Positions 42,569 through 53,916 of a stretch of 64,000 bases of DNA are shown in pieces. Under the pieces are notes generated by a model. The model was given only the letters and a program-made list of their open reading frames with translations. It ran no database searches and was not told where the DNA came from. Positions within the stretch are counted from its first letter, which is position 1, and each line of letters opens with the position of its first letter. Source of the DNA: an uncultured Candidatus Actinomarina sp. (lineage in GTDB: Bacteria > Actinomycetota > Acidimicrobiia > Actinomarinales > Actinomarinaceae); assembly GCA_902533795.1 (NCBI GenBank), contig CACAND010000005.1, positions 847-64,846 on the forward strand. The letters are read 5' to 3'. Made by a program: the position numbers and the translations under genes.

Positions 42569-43559
42569 ACAACTCATATTAGGGTTTGAAACAAGCTGTG
42601 ATGAGACGGCCATAGCTTTAATGAAGGGTGATGACTTGTTGATAAACAAGATTTCGTCACAGGTCGAAATTCATGAAAAATTTGGTGGTGTAGTTCCTGA
42701 AGTAGCATCTAGAGCACATGCTGAAATGATACGAAATCTTTTTCATTCATCAATAAACGAATGTGGGATTGATATAGGTGAAATTGATATTGTAGCAAGT
42801 ACTGATGGTCCAGGTTTATCAGGCAGTCTTGTGGTGGGCTATAATTTTGCAAAATCAGTAGCATGGGCCCTTCAGAAGCCCTTTTATGCAGTAGATCATA
42901 TGGTTGGTCATCTTAGTGCACCTCTTATTGAACATCCAACCATGGATCCGCCATTTTTATCATTACTTGTGTCTGGTGGTCATACACAAATTGTGTTTGT
43001 AGAAGAATGGGGAAAATATAATTTATTAGGTTCAACAATCGATGATGCAGCAGGTGAAGCATTTGATAAATTATCTAGATTTTGTGGATTTGGTTTTCCT
43101 GGTGGACCAGCAATACAGAAAATATCTGAAGGCGGTGATCCAGATAAAGTCAAACTTCCAAGACCAAAGACTTCAAATAAATTTGATTATTCTTTTTCAG
43201 GGTTAAAAACAGCTGCAGTTTATTTTTTACAAGGACTAACTGACGATGACAAACTTTTGAAAAAAGATTTTGCCGCTTCATACCAAGAGGCAATTGTTGA
43301 TTCTTTGATGAATATATATGAGAAAGCTGTAACTGAAACAGATGTAACTAATCTATCAGGAGGAGGAGGAGTAATGGCAAATACGCGACTTCGTGAAAAA
43401 ATTCAAACTTTTGCTGAAAAAAATGATAAAAATCTATATTTACCATCACCTAAATTATCTACTGATAATGCTGCAATGATTTGTGTAGCTGCAAAAAATA
43501 ACCTTACAACTAATGAGATGAACATCGAAGATATAAGGCTATCATCAGTAATTTCTTAA
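42558..43559 (+). CDS. tsaD: tRNA N6-adenosine threonylcarbamoyltransferase TsaD
   Basis: 333 aa, metal-binding HMVGHL and SGGV motifs. Confidence 0.93.
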   Translation: MQNEQLILGFETSCDETAIALMKGDDLLINKISSQVEIHEKFGGVVPEVASRAHAEMIRNLFHSSINECGIDIGEIDIVASTDGPGLSGSLVVGYNFAKSVAWALQKPFYAVDHMVGHLSAPLIEHPTMDPPFLSLLVSGGHTQIVFVEEWGKYNLLGSTIDDAAGEAFDKLSRFCGFGFPGGPAIQKISEGGDPDKVKLPRPKTSNKFDYSFSGLKTAAVYFLQGLTDDDKLLKKDFAASYQEAIVDSLMNIYEKAVTETDVTNLSGGGGVMANTRLREKIQTFAEKNDKNLYLPSPKLSTDNAAMICVAAKNNLTTNEMNIEDIRLSSVIS

Positions 43560-43639
43560 CAATTTAAGAAAAATGAATACCTTTATAAACAGAACTATAT
43601 TAAATTCAAAACGTAGAAAATTTTAGGAGAAAAAAAATT

Positions 43640-43933
43640 ATGAATCTTAAACCACTTGGAGATAGGGTAGTTGTAAAACCACTATCAGAAGAAGATATGA
43701 AAACTCCATCAGGTATATACATTCCTGATACAGCAAAAGAAAAACCTCAAGAAGGTGAAGTTATTGCTGTGGGGCCTGGTGAAACCAATGACAATGGAGA
43801 AAAAATTAAGCCTGATGTGAAAAAAGGTGATAAAGTTGTTTATTCAAAATATGGTGGAACAGAAATTAAAGTTGACGGAGAAGAATACTTGATACTTTCA
43901 AGTAGAGATATTCTCGCAGTAGTCGGAAAATAA
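43640..43933 (+). CDS. groES: co-chaperonin GroES
   Basis: 97 aa, mobile loop plus YSKYGGTE. Confidence 0.95.
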   Translation: MNLKPLGDRVVVKPLSEEDMKTPSGIYIPDTAKEKPQEGEVIAVGPGETNDNGEKIKPDVKKGDKVVYSKYGGTEIKVDGEEYLILSSRDILAVVGK

Positions 43934-43936
43934 TAG

Positions 43937-45577
<1,641 letters not shown>

Positions 45578-45592
45578 CTTAATCATATTTTT

Positions 45593-45628
45593 AAAAAAAA
45601 GAGTGGACAACAACCACTCTTTTTTTTT
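45593..45628 (+). terminator. symmetric rho-independent terminator after groEL
   Basis: A8-gagtgg-acaacaa-ccactc-T9; A/T tracts on both sides. Confidence 0.85.
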
Positions 45629-45641
45629 ATCATTATATGTC

Positions 45642-45983
45642 ATGATTGGAATAAGAGGTGCAATAGCATCAGTTGAAAACAGTGAAGAAAATATATTAGA
45701 ATCATCAAAAATTTTATTTACTGAGATTATAGAACAAAACAATTTAGTAATTTCTAAAGTTGTTTCGGTACTATTTACAGTTACAAAAGAATTGAATGCT
45801 GCTTTCCCGGCCAAAGCAATTAGAGATCTTGGATATGACCAAATACCTGCACTTGATTCTTTAGCACCAGACATTGAAGGTGATTTATTAGGTTGCATTC
45901 GAGTATTAGTTATATATCAAGATAATATCGAACCAAATCATGTGTATTTGGGTGAAGCAAAAAATTTACGTCCTGATAGATAA
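45642..45983 (+). CDS. aroH: AroH-class monofunctional chorismate mutase
   Basis: 113 aa MIGIRGAIASVENSEENILE...AFPAKAIRDL...CIRVLV...HVYLGEAKNLRPD, collinear with B. subtilis AroH; ATG 45642, the track start 45603 lies inside the terminator. Confidence 0.85.
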   Translation: MIGIRGAIASVENSEENILESSKILFTEIIEQNNLVISKVVSVLFTVTKELNAAFPAKAIRDLGYDQIPALDSLAPDIEGDLLGCIRVLVIYQDNIEPNHVYLGEAKNLRPDR

Positions 45984-46024
45984 AAACTCTTTTCAAAACA
46001 AAATTACGTGCTAGCATTATCACA

Positions 46025-46066
46025 ATGAAAACTAACACATACTTTTACTTTAGAGCGCATATATAA
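46025..46066 (+). promoter_or_regulatory. candidate aromatic-rich leader peptide (MKTNTYFYFRAHI)
   Basis: 13-codon mini-ORF with adjacent Tyr-Phe-Tyr-Phe codons, 25 nt upstream of a terminator hairpin and upstream of the shikimate/Phe/Tyr cluster. Confidence 0.45.
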
Positions 46067-46090
46067 GCTGCCCTAAAGTTACATTGTGTC

Positions 46091-46118
46091 AAATCGGGCA
46101 AAAGCCCGATTTTTTTTT
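46091..46118 (+). terminator. intrinsic terminator / attenuator hairpin in the DAHP-synthase leader
   Basis: aaatcgggc-aaaa-gcccgattt followed by T8, ending 1 nt before SD aggagg. Confidence 0.75.
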
Positions 46119-46130
46119 AGGAGGAACAAA

Positions 46131-47150
46131 TTGATAGTAGTTATGAAACAAGCAGCTACAGAAGAAGATATAGAGAAAGTAAAAGTAAAAGCTATTGAAC
46201 AAGGTCATGAGCCAAAAGTACTTTATGGTGTTGAAAGGACTGTCGTTGCAGTGCATGGAAAAGTTATCGAAGATAACAGAGGTGTAATGCGTTTACTTGA
46301 CAACGTACACGAAGTTATCCCAATTGGGAGATCTTACAAGCTTGCAAGTAAAACATATAAAGATACAAATACAGAAATAAAGATAAAAGATCTTACTATC
46401 GGAGGTAAAGAACTTGCTTTTATAGCTGGGCCAGACAGCGCCGAATATAGAGAGCAGACTTTAGAGACTGCAGAAGCTGTAATACAAGCAGGAGGAAATG
46501 GCCTTAGAGGAGGAGCTTTTAAACCTAGAACCTCACCTTATAGTTTTCAGGGTTTAGGAGAAGAAGGCTTAGTATTGTTGAAAGAGGCAGCTGATAAACA
46601 CAAACTCCCTTTGTTTAGTGAAATTATGGATATCCAACATTTACAAATGATGGAAAATTATGTAGATGTTCTTCAAATCGGAGCAAGAAATATGCAAAAT
46701 TTTAAGTTATTAGAAGCTGTTGGTGAATCGAAGCTTCCTGTTTTATTGAAAAGAGGTATGAGTGCAACTCTTGAGGAATTGCTTTTAGCTTCTGAATATA
46801 TATTAAGCAGAGGAAATGAAAATGTTATTTTATGCGAGCGAGGAATTAGAACTTTCGAAACTGCAACAAGAAATACATTTGATATTAATGCAATACCTTA
46901 TTTGAAGATGAACACTCATTTACCTGTTATTGCTGATCCAAGTCACGGAACTGGAGCAAACAACTTAGTAGCCCCTATTGCATTAGCTTCAATAGCTGCA
47001 GGAGCAGATGGGTTATTAATCGAAATTCATCCGAGACCGGATGAAGCTTTATGCGACGGCCCTCAAGCCTTAACGCCAGTAGAGTTAGTGGAGCTTGGTA
47101 AGAAAGTAAGTTTAATGGCTGACGTTGTGGGTCGATCTTTAACATTATGA
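46131..47150 (+). CDS. class I-beta 3-deoxy-D-arabino-heptulosonate-7-phosphate synthase with N-terminal ferredoxin-like regulatory domain
   Basis: TTG start 6 nt after aggagg; core LRGGAFKPRTSPYSFQGLGEEGL as in B. subtilis/Thermotoga DAHPS; the track start 46086 would read through the terminator. Confidence 0.85.
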   Translation: MIVVMKQAATEEDIEKVKVKAIEQGHEPKVLYGVERTVVAVHGKVIEDNRGVMRLLDNVHEVIPIGRSYKLASKTYKDTNTEIKIKDLTIGGKELAFIAGPDSAEYREQTLETAEAVIQAGGNGLRGGAFKPRTSPYSFQGLGEEGLVLLKEAADKHKLPLFSEIMDIQHLQMMENYVDVLQIGARNMQNFKLLEAVGESKLPVLLKRGMSATLEELLLASEYILSRGNENVILCERGIRTFETATRNTFDINAIPYLKMNTHLPVIADPSHGTGANNLVAPIALASIAAGADGLLIEIHPRPDEALCDGPQALTPVELVELGKKVSLMADVVGRSLTL

Positions 47151-47980
47151 TCAAAAATGTAAAAATAATTGGCCTTGGATTAATGGGTGCAAACTTAGGA
47201 ATTAATCTAGTCAATAAAGGACTAAATGTTTATGGAGAAGACATTAATCCTGATGTAGAGAAAAGAGCAGAAAAGTTTGGTATAAATGTTAAATCAAATG
47301 CTGAAAAGTATGATCTGACTATTCTTTCAATGCCTATAAATAATATTATTTCTTTCTTATCAAAAGAACATGAGGTTGATAGATCTGAGTTGATAATTGA
47401 TATAGGAGGTACCAAAGAGTCGATTTGTGATTTAATGGACAATTCAAATATTCCTGCAATTGGGGGACACCCGATGTGTGGATTGGCTGATAATACAAAT
47501 TGGGAGCCACATCCAGAAATGTACAAAAATGCAACATTTCTTCTTTGCGAAACTAATTCAACTGATGATAAAGCAAGAGAAATTGCATCAGCGTTTATAA
47601 ATATTTTAGATTGTAAAGAAGTATGGATTGATAGAAAAAAGCATGATGAGATATTATCGATTACGAGCCATTTACCTCACTTGATAAGTTCTGCACTTGT
47701 GGGTATTGCTAAGAAGGATTATGAAATTGAAGAAATAATGGGATTAGCAGCTGGAGGGTTTGATGGGGCAACAAGGCTTACAAGGACAAACCCAGAGATG
47801 ATAATAGACATGTACAACTCAAACTCAAAAAATATAAATAATTTTCTTATCGCACTAATCGAAGAAATATCATCGTTGATGTCTTTACAAGAAAAAAATG
47901 AGTTAATTGACTATCTCACTTCATCAGTGGAATGGAGAAGAGCATTGTCAGATAAATTTGGAGAACGACCATTAAGTTAA
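47147..47980 (+). CDS. tyrA: prephenate (arogenate) dehydrogenase
   Basis: 277 aa, N-terminal Rossmann IIGLGLMGANLGINL. Confidence 0.8.
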   Translation: MIKNVKIIGLGLMGANLGINLVNKGLNVYGEDINPDVEKRAEKFGINVKSNAEKYDLTILSMPINNIISFLSKEHEVDRSELIIDIGGTKESICDLMDNSNIPAIGGHPMCGLADNTNWEPHPEMYKNATFLLCETNSTDDKAREIASAFINILDCKEVWIDRKKHDEILSITSHLPHLISSALVGIAKKDYEIEEIMGLAAGGFDGATRLTRTNPEMIIDMYNSNSKNINNFLIALIEEISSLMSLQEKNELIDYLTSSVEWRRALSDKFGERPLS

Positions 47981-48003
47981 AATTAAAATTATTTAGCAGA
48001 TTA

Positions 48004-49257
48004 TTGTCTGGTAATGTTGCTCTCATTGGAGATAAGTCTATTTCTCATAGAGCAATAATATTTGCTGCGTTAGCAGACGGAACTTCAAATATACAAAATT
48101 TATTAATGAGTGAAGACACAAAGGCTACCTTAAAGATAATTGAGCAAATGGGTATCGATATCAAGTTAAATGATACAGTTTCCATAACTGGTAAAGGGCT
48201 TAACGGCCTGAAAGAACCAAAAAAAGATCTTAATGCCATAAATTCAGGAACCACTGCAAGATTATTAATTGGTCTATTATCTAAACAAAATTTTTCATCA
48301 ACATTAATAGGAAGCCCCCAGTTGAATAAAAGACCAATGAACAGAATTACAGATTTGTTAGTTCAAAACGGAGCTTCAATTAACATAAAGAATTCTTTTC
48401 TTCCGATTAAATTTAAATCATCAGAATATTCATTTAATTTTCAAAATACTCTTGTTCCCAGTGCTCAGGTTAAAAGCGCCTTAATTATTGCTTCTTTGTA
48501 CCATAGTGAACCAACGTTAATTGAAGAAACAGTTGCCACAAGAGATCATACGGAAAGAATGTTAATTGCGATGGGTGCAAACATACTTAGACTTGGTAAC
48601 ACCATTACTGTATCTCCAACAAATAATCTTAAACCTTTAAACATTTCAATACCTGGTGATATATCGTCAGGAGCATTCCTAATTGCACTTGGCGTGCTCA
48701 AAGGAAAAGAAATAATACTTGAAAACATGTTAATTAACGAAAGGAGACTTGGGTTTGTAAAGATTTTAAAGAGGATGGGTGCAAATATTGAAATTGTGAA
48801 CATTAATGAAGAAAATAATGAAGTAATTGGAGATATTAAGGTAAAAAAATCAACTCTAAATGGTACGACTGTGACAAAAGAGGAAGTGGCCGATTTTATT
48901 GATGAAATTCCAATTTTCACTTTTTTAGCATCCCAAGCAATTGGTATTACAAAACTTGTTGGAGCAGAAGAACTGAAAGTCAAAGAATCAGACAGGTTAG
49001 ATGTTATGAAAAATTTTATTCTTGAATTAGGCGGGAAAATTGAAGTTTATGATGATGGATTTGAGATTACAGGCATTCAAGATCTCCAAGATGGCTTTAT
49101 TAAAACTTTTGATGATCACAGAATTGCAATGACAGCAATAATTGCCAATATAGCTCTTGGAAAAAAGATAATCCCTGATAATAAAGAATGCATTAAAGAT
49201 TCATATCCTTCTTTTTTTGAGGATTTAAAAGAATTAGGAGCTGAGATCAATGAATAA
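48004..49257 (+). CDS. aroA: 3-phosphoshikimate 1-carboxyvinyltransferase (EPSP synthase)
   Basis: 417 aa; LIGDKSISHRAIIFAALADG. Confidence 0.9.
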   Translation: MSGNVALIGDKSISHRAIIFAALADGTSNIQNLLMSEDTKATLKIIEQMGIDIKLNDTVSITGKGLNGLKEPKKDLNAINSGTTARLLIGLLSKQNFSSTLIGSPQLNKRPMNRITDLLVQNGASINIKNSFLPIKFKSSEYSFNFQNTLVPSAQVKSALIIASLYHSEPTLIEETVATRDHTERMLIAMGANILRLGNTITVSPTNNLKPLNISIPGDISSGAFLIALGVLKGKEIILENMLINERRLGFVKILKRMGANIEIVNINEENNEVIGDIKVKKSTLNGTTVTKEEVADFIDEIPIFTFLASQAIGITKLVGAEELKVKESDRLDVMKNFILELGGKIEVYDDGFEITGIQDLQDGFIKTFDDHRIAMTAIIANIALGKKIIPDNKECIKDSYPSFFEDLKELGAEINE

Positions 49258-50038
49258 TTTTGGCGTTCTAGGTTGGCCCCTTGAAAAGACATACTCTCCC
49301 TTTATTCACAAATCTTTATTTGATATGACTCAGCTTGAAGGTAATTATGAATTATTAAAAATTGAGAACATAGATGAGAAAAATATTCAAGATCTTAATA
49401 AGAGACTAGACGGATACAATATCACAATCCCACATAAAGAAAATATTTTAGGATTAAATATAAATTCAATCGTAGATGAACATGCACAATCAATAGGAGC
49501 AATAAATACTGTTAAATCAAGTGGTGAAAGTATTGAATACTATAACACTGACTATGAAGGCTTCTTATTTTTCTTAAATAAAATAGATTATGATTGGAAA
49601 GATAAAAATATACTTATTTTAGGCAGTGGTGGAAGCTCAAAAGCAATTAGGTATGCATTATCAAGTAATTCATCGAGTATACATATTGCTAGCAGAAATG
49701 TTACTGAGGATACTATTTCTTATAAAGAGGCAGAAGATATTGGATCGGAGATAAATTTTCTTATCAATACAACTCCTATTGGTATGTCGCATCTGAATAA
49801 CCTTTCTCTGGACTTAGATGTAAACAAATTTACTAACCTAGATTTATTTTTGAATATAGGATATGGAAATACTAGTAATTTTTTTAAACCATTAGTTGAT
49901 TCTGTGAATTCATACAATGGTATTGGAATGCTCATATGTCAGGCAATCTTATCATTTAACATATGGACAAACCTTAACTTACAAGTATTAGATATATATG
50001 ATGAGTTATACAAATTATTGGTGAACAAAAATGATTAG
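49250..50038 (+). CDS. aroE: shikimate dehydrogenase
   Basis: 262 aa; FGVLGWPLEKTYSPFIHK, ILGSGGSSKA. Confidence 0.85.
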   Translation: MNNFGVLGWPLEKTYSPFIHKSLFDMTQLEGNYELLKIENIDEKNIQDLNKRLDGYNITIPHKENILGLNINSIVDEHAQSIGAINTVKSSGESIEYYNTDYEGFLFFLNKIDYDWKDKNILILGSGGSSKAIRYALSSNSSSIHIASRNVTEDTISYKEAEDIGSEINFLINTTPIGMSHLNNLSLDLDVNKFTNLDLFLNIGYGNTSNFFKPLVDSVNSYNGIGMLICQAILSFNIWTNLNLQVLDIYDELYKLLVNKND

Positions 50039-51206
50039 ATTTTTAACTTCAGGCGAGAGTCATGGGCCAGAGTTAACAGGGATAATTGAGGGATTACCTT
50101 CGGGTTTTCTTGTTACAAAAGAATACATAGACAGTTTCCTTCAACGCAGACAAAAAAGTTTGGGTTCTGGTGGAAGAATGAATATTGAATCAGATCAGGT
50201 AGAGATTTCTTCGGGAATAATTAATAATCTCACAACTGGTGGACCAATTACATTAAAAATAAAGAACAACGATTGGAAAAATTGGAAAGATAAAGATATT
50301 GATCCATATGTAGTTCCTAGACCTGGTCATGCTGACCTAGTTGGAACTGCAAAGTATGATGCAAAGGATATTCGCCTAATTCTTGAAAGATCAAGTGCTA
50401 GGGAAACTGCAATGAGATGTGCAATTGGAGCAATAGCTGCACAAATACTTGAAAATTTTGACATACATATTTGTGGATATGTTTCAGGAATTGGATCACT
50501 GGAGTATATATATAAAGGAACAGATGGCATTAAAAATCTGCAAAATAAAGTTACAGAATCCCCAGTGTCGTGTCCAGATGACAAAATTTCCAAAGAAATG
50601 GAAAATGAAATAAAACTTGCAAGAAAAAAGAAGGATACTCTTGGAGGTTCTATTACCACAATTGCAACAGGCGTACCTCCAACACTGGGTAGTTTCGTTC
50701 ATTGGGATAGAAAATTAGATGCAAATGTGGCGCGAATTTTTATGTCTATACAAAGTGTAAAAGCAGTAGAAATTGGTAATGGGATAGAAGTATCTAAAAA
50801 TTATGGAACTGAGGTTCAAGATCAGTATTTCCTTGACCAGGAAAACATTAAAAAAGAATCAAATAATTTAGGAGGTTTTGAAGGAGGGATGACAAATGGG
50901 GAGGATATAGTTGTAAAAGCTTACTTAAAACCGATCAGCACAACTTTGACTCCGATCAAAAGTATTAATTTATCAACTAAAAATGAAACAGAGACAGTAT
51001 ATGAACGATCTGATACCTGTGCCGTCCCGAGAGCTGTCCCCATATTTGAGAGCGCAATGGCATTAGAAATTCTTAAGAATTTACTAATAAAAACTGGGGG
51101 AGATAGCAAAAAAGAAATAACAAAAAACTTTGAAAACATTTCAAAGCTGCATTTAGATGAGTTTGATCTAGATAATAAAACCTGGAACATGAAATATGAA
51201 ACATAA
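50031..51206 (+). CDS. aroC: chorismate synthase
   Basis: 391 aa; FLTSGESHGPELTGIIEGLP, RPGHAD. Confidence 0.93.
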   Translation: MIRFLTSGESHGPELTGIIEGLPSGFLVTKEYIDSFLQRRQKSLGSGGRMNIESDQVEISSGIINNLTTGGPITLKIKNNDWKNWKDKDIDPYVVPRPGHADLVGTAKYDAKDIRLILERSSARETAMRCAIGAIAAQILENFDIHICGYVSGIGSLEYIYKGTDGIKNLQNKVTESPVSCPDDKISKEMENEIKLARKKKDTLGGSITTIATGVPPTLGSFVHWDRKLDANVARIFMSIQSVKAVEIGNGIEVSKNYGTEVQDQYFLDQENIKKESNNLGGFEGGMTNGEDIVVKAYLKPISTTLTPIKSINLSTKNETETVYERSDTCAVPRAVPIFESAMALEILKNLLIKTGGDSKKEITKNFENISKLHLDEFDLDNKTWNMKYET

Positions 51207-51705
51207 TAATATTTACCTCGTTGGATTTATGGGTTGCGGAAAAACATCTGTATTGAAAAAAATAAGACAAAAGATTCAAAGTAATACTTTTGATCTAGAT
51301 GAAAATATAGAAAAGCAACATGGAAGTATAAGCAAAATATTCGAATCAAAAGGCGAAAAATATTTTCGGCAAATCGAATTAGAAACATTCCAAATGTTAC
51401 CCAAAAATGATTCTGTAGTTGCTCTTGGAGGAGGATCTTTAGAAATAAAAAATATATTTGATGAGCTTAAAAATAACGGATTTACTTTTTATCTGAAAGA
51501 TACTTTTGAAAATTTATGGAATCAGATCCAAAATACTGAAAGGCCTTTAGTAAAAGAAGGAAAAGACAAAATTTATAAACTATTTCAATCAAGAGAAGAT
51601 TTATACAATCAATCAAATCATATTTTAGAAATTTCAGATAAAAAAATTAAAAATATTGCTGAAATCATAATTAAAAATAGTTGGTTAAAAAATGAAGTTA
51701 TCTGA
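51196..51705 (+). CDS. aroK: shikimate kinase
   Basis: 169 aa; P-loop GFMGCGKTS. Confidence 0.85.
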   Translation: MKHNNIYLVGFMGCGKTSVLKKIRQKIQSNTFDLDENIEKQHGSISKIFESKGEKYFRQIELETFQMLPKNDSVVALGGGSLEIKNIFDELKNNGFTFYLKDTFENLWNQIQNTERPLVKEGKDKIYKLFQSREDLYNQSNHILEISDKKIKNIAEIIIKNSWLKNEVI

Positions 51706-52690
51706 AATACATTATTCAAATAAATTTGATGATCTTGACAGTCAACTAAAAAATTTTATCAATCAGGAGAAGCATGTAATATTTATTGATTCAAAGTTGT
51801 CTTCAATTATTAATCTAGATCCAAAATTTAAGATTTTTGAAATAGAAATTAATGAATCTACTAAAGATTTAAATACAATTCAAAAAATTTGGAAAATAAT
51901 GTTTTCAGAGTCGCTTGATAGAAGTTCAAAAATAATTGGGATAGGTGGAGGCGTGTTGAGTGACTTAGTAGGTTTTGCTACGAGCACCTTTAAAAGAGGG
52001 GCAAATTTATCGTTGGTTCCTTCAACATTCCTTGGTATGGTTGATGCAGCACATGGAGGAAAAACAGGGTTCAATAATGAATTTGGCAAAAACCAAATTG
52101 GCACATTCTTCATTCCAGAAAAAATATTTATTTGTACAGAGTTTTTAGATTCTATATCAGAAATTGAAATGAATAATGGAATTATTGAATCATTAAAGGC
52201 AGGCTTTTTAGGTGACAAAGAAATTATTGAAATGATATACCAAGATAAACTCAACAATCTAGAAGAAATAATTAAAAAAAGTATTCAAGTAAAGTACAAC
52301 ATTTTAAAAAATGACTTACGTGAAAGTAATGAAAGAATGTTTTTAAATTTAGGCCATACAATCGGCCATCTGATCGAAAAGGACTCAAATTATTCTATTT
52401 CTCACGGACAAGCCGTTGCAATTGGAATGTTAAAAGGGTTTGAAATATCGGAGAGTAAATTTAATCTTAATAGTTCAATCAGAGATGAATTTAAGTCATT
52501 TTTAAACAAACAGTCAATGAAAACGGAATACAGTTTCAATAGCAATCAATCAGAGTTAAAAGAGATAATTTCAAATGATAAAAAAGTGACAAGTGACGTT
52601 GTTAAATTTGTTCTTATTAAAAATATTCAAGAGCCAGTGTTAATTGACTTTTCGATTAACGACTTATTAGAGGTTTTAACCAATGCGTAA
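51692..52690 (+). CDS. aroB: 3-dehydroquinate synthase
   Basis: 332 aa; GIGGGVLSDLVGFA and metal ligands HTIGHLIE / HGQAVAIG. Confidence 0.88.
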   Translation: MKLSEIHYSNKFDDLDSQLKNFINQEKHVIFIDSKLSSIINLDPKFKIFEIEINESTKDLNTIQKIWKIMFSESLDRSSKIIGIGGGVLSDLVGFATSTFKRGANLSLVPSTFLGMVDAAHGGKTGFNNEFGKNQIGTFFIPEKIFICTEFLDSISEIEMNNGIIESLKAGFLGDKEIIEMIYQDKLNNLEEIIKKSIQVKYNILKNDLRESNERMFLNLGHTIGHLIEKDSNYSISHGQAVAIGMLKGFEISESKFNLNSSIRDEFKSFLNKQSMKTEYSFNSNQSELKEIISNDKKVTSDVVKFVLIKNIQEPVLIDFSINDLLEVLTNA

Positions 52691-53111
52691 AATAGTCATC
52701 ATTAATGGTCCAAATTTGAACTTTTTAGGTGAGAGAGAAATATCAAAATATGGCACTACAACTTATCAAGAGTTAGTTAGTGAACTTGAAGAACATGCAA
52801 AAAAAACTAATAATCTGGTTTTTTTTCAATCAAATCATGAGGGCGAAATCTGTGATTACATACAAAAAATAATTAATGAGAAAATTGATGGAGTCATAGT
52901 AAATCCTGGTGCCTACACCCATACAAGTGTTTCATTGAGAGATTCTTTGTTACTTCTTTCAGTTCCTATCATTGAAGTTCACATAAGTGACATAAAAGAA
53001 CGTGAATCGTTTAGAAAAACTAATTTAATTAATGACATTTGCGAGAAATCATTTATAGGTCATGGGGTTAATGGATATAAGATGGGTATAGATTATTTAA
53101 ATGAAAAATAA
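52683..53111 (+). CDS. aroQ: type II 3-dehydroquinate dehydratase
   Basis: 142 aa; IVIINGPNLNFLGERE, NPGAYTHTS. Confidence 0.9.
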   Translation: MRKIVIINGPNLNFLGEREISKYGTTTYQELVSELEEHAKKTNNLVFFQSNHEGEICDYIQKIINEKIDGVIVNPGAYTHTSVSLRDSLLLLSVPIIEVHISDIKERESFRKTNLINDICEKSFIGHGVNGYKMGIDYLNEK

Positions 53112-53916
53112 AAAAATATATTATCAAGGTTCAGAAGGTTCTTATTCAGAATCGGTTTTACTTGAAATGTTCCCAGATTCAGAATTAATTTCTTGTAAAA
53201 CTTTTCAAGATGTCTCTATAAATGCTTCAAATGATGGTTTTGGACTTTTGCCAATTGAAAACTCTCTCGTTGGAACTGTAATCGAGGCTTATGAAAGTTT
53301 AATTGAATACGAACTTGAAATATTTTTAGAAGTTAAAAAGAAAATTAATCATGCTCTAATTGGATTAGCAGGGACACAAAAACAAAATTTGAAAAAGATA
53401 ATTTCTCACCCACAAGCCTTACAGCAATGTAGTAAATATTTAAATAAACTAGACGTAGAATTACAACCAGTATTTGATACTGCAGGAGGTGTTTTAAGTC
53501 TACTTAACACTAAATCAGAAGAGATTGGAGCGATTGCAGGAGAGCATTTTGATAATGATGAAAGATTTACAATAATTGAAAAAAATATTTCAAATCATGA
53601 AGAAAATTACACAAGATTTTTTCTAACTGGAAAGACGCCACCACCGATTAAAGAAGATAAAAACCTTCGTTCAGCGATTCTGGTAGCACAAGACGAGCCA
53701 GGTTCTTTGTTGAAAGCTCTTACGGTCTTTGATGTACTTAAATTGAATTTGACTAAGTTAGAATCAAGACCAATTCTTGGATCCCCATGGGAATATAAGT
53801 TCTATGTCGATTATCAAAACTCTGATACAAAAATCGATCAGCTTCTAAAAGATAATTTAGGTCAAGTTGCAAAAGAATTTAAAATATTAGGAAAATACGG
53901 ATCAATTAATCTTTAA
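53101..53916 (+). CDS. pheA: prephenate dehydratase with C-terminal ACT domain
   Basis: 271 aa; PDT domain plus ACT (ESRP motif). Confidence 0.85.
   Translation: MKNKKIYYQGSEGSYSESVLLEMFPDSELISCKTFQDVSINASNDGFGLLPIENSLVGTVIEAYESLIEYELEIFLEVKKKINHALIGLAGTQKQNLKKIISHPQALQQCSKYLNKLDVELQPVFDTAGGVLSLLNTKSEEIGAIAGEHFDNDERFTIIEKNISNHEENYTRFFLTGKTPPPIKEDKNLRSAILVAQDEPGSLLKALTVFDVLKLNLTKLESRPILGSPWEYKFYVDYQNSDTKIDQLLKDNLGQVAKEFKILGKYGSINL

Noticed and set aside
43560-43639. Looked for a CIRCE (TTAGCACTC-N9-GAGTGCTAA) HrcA operator upstream of groES
   Set aside because: No such inverted repeat is present in the 80-nt leader; the sequence there is AT-rich only, so no regulatory call is made.
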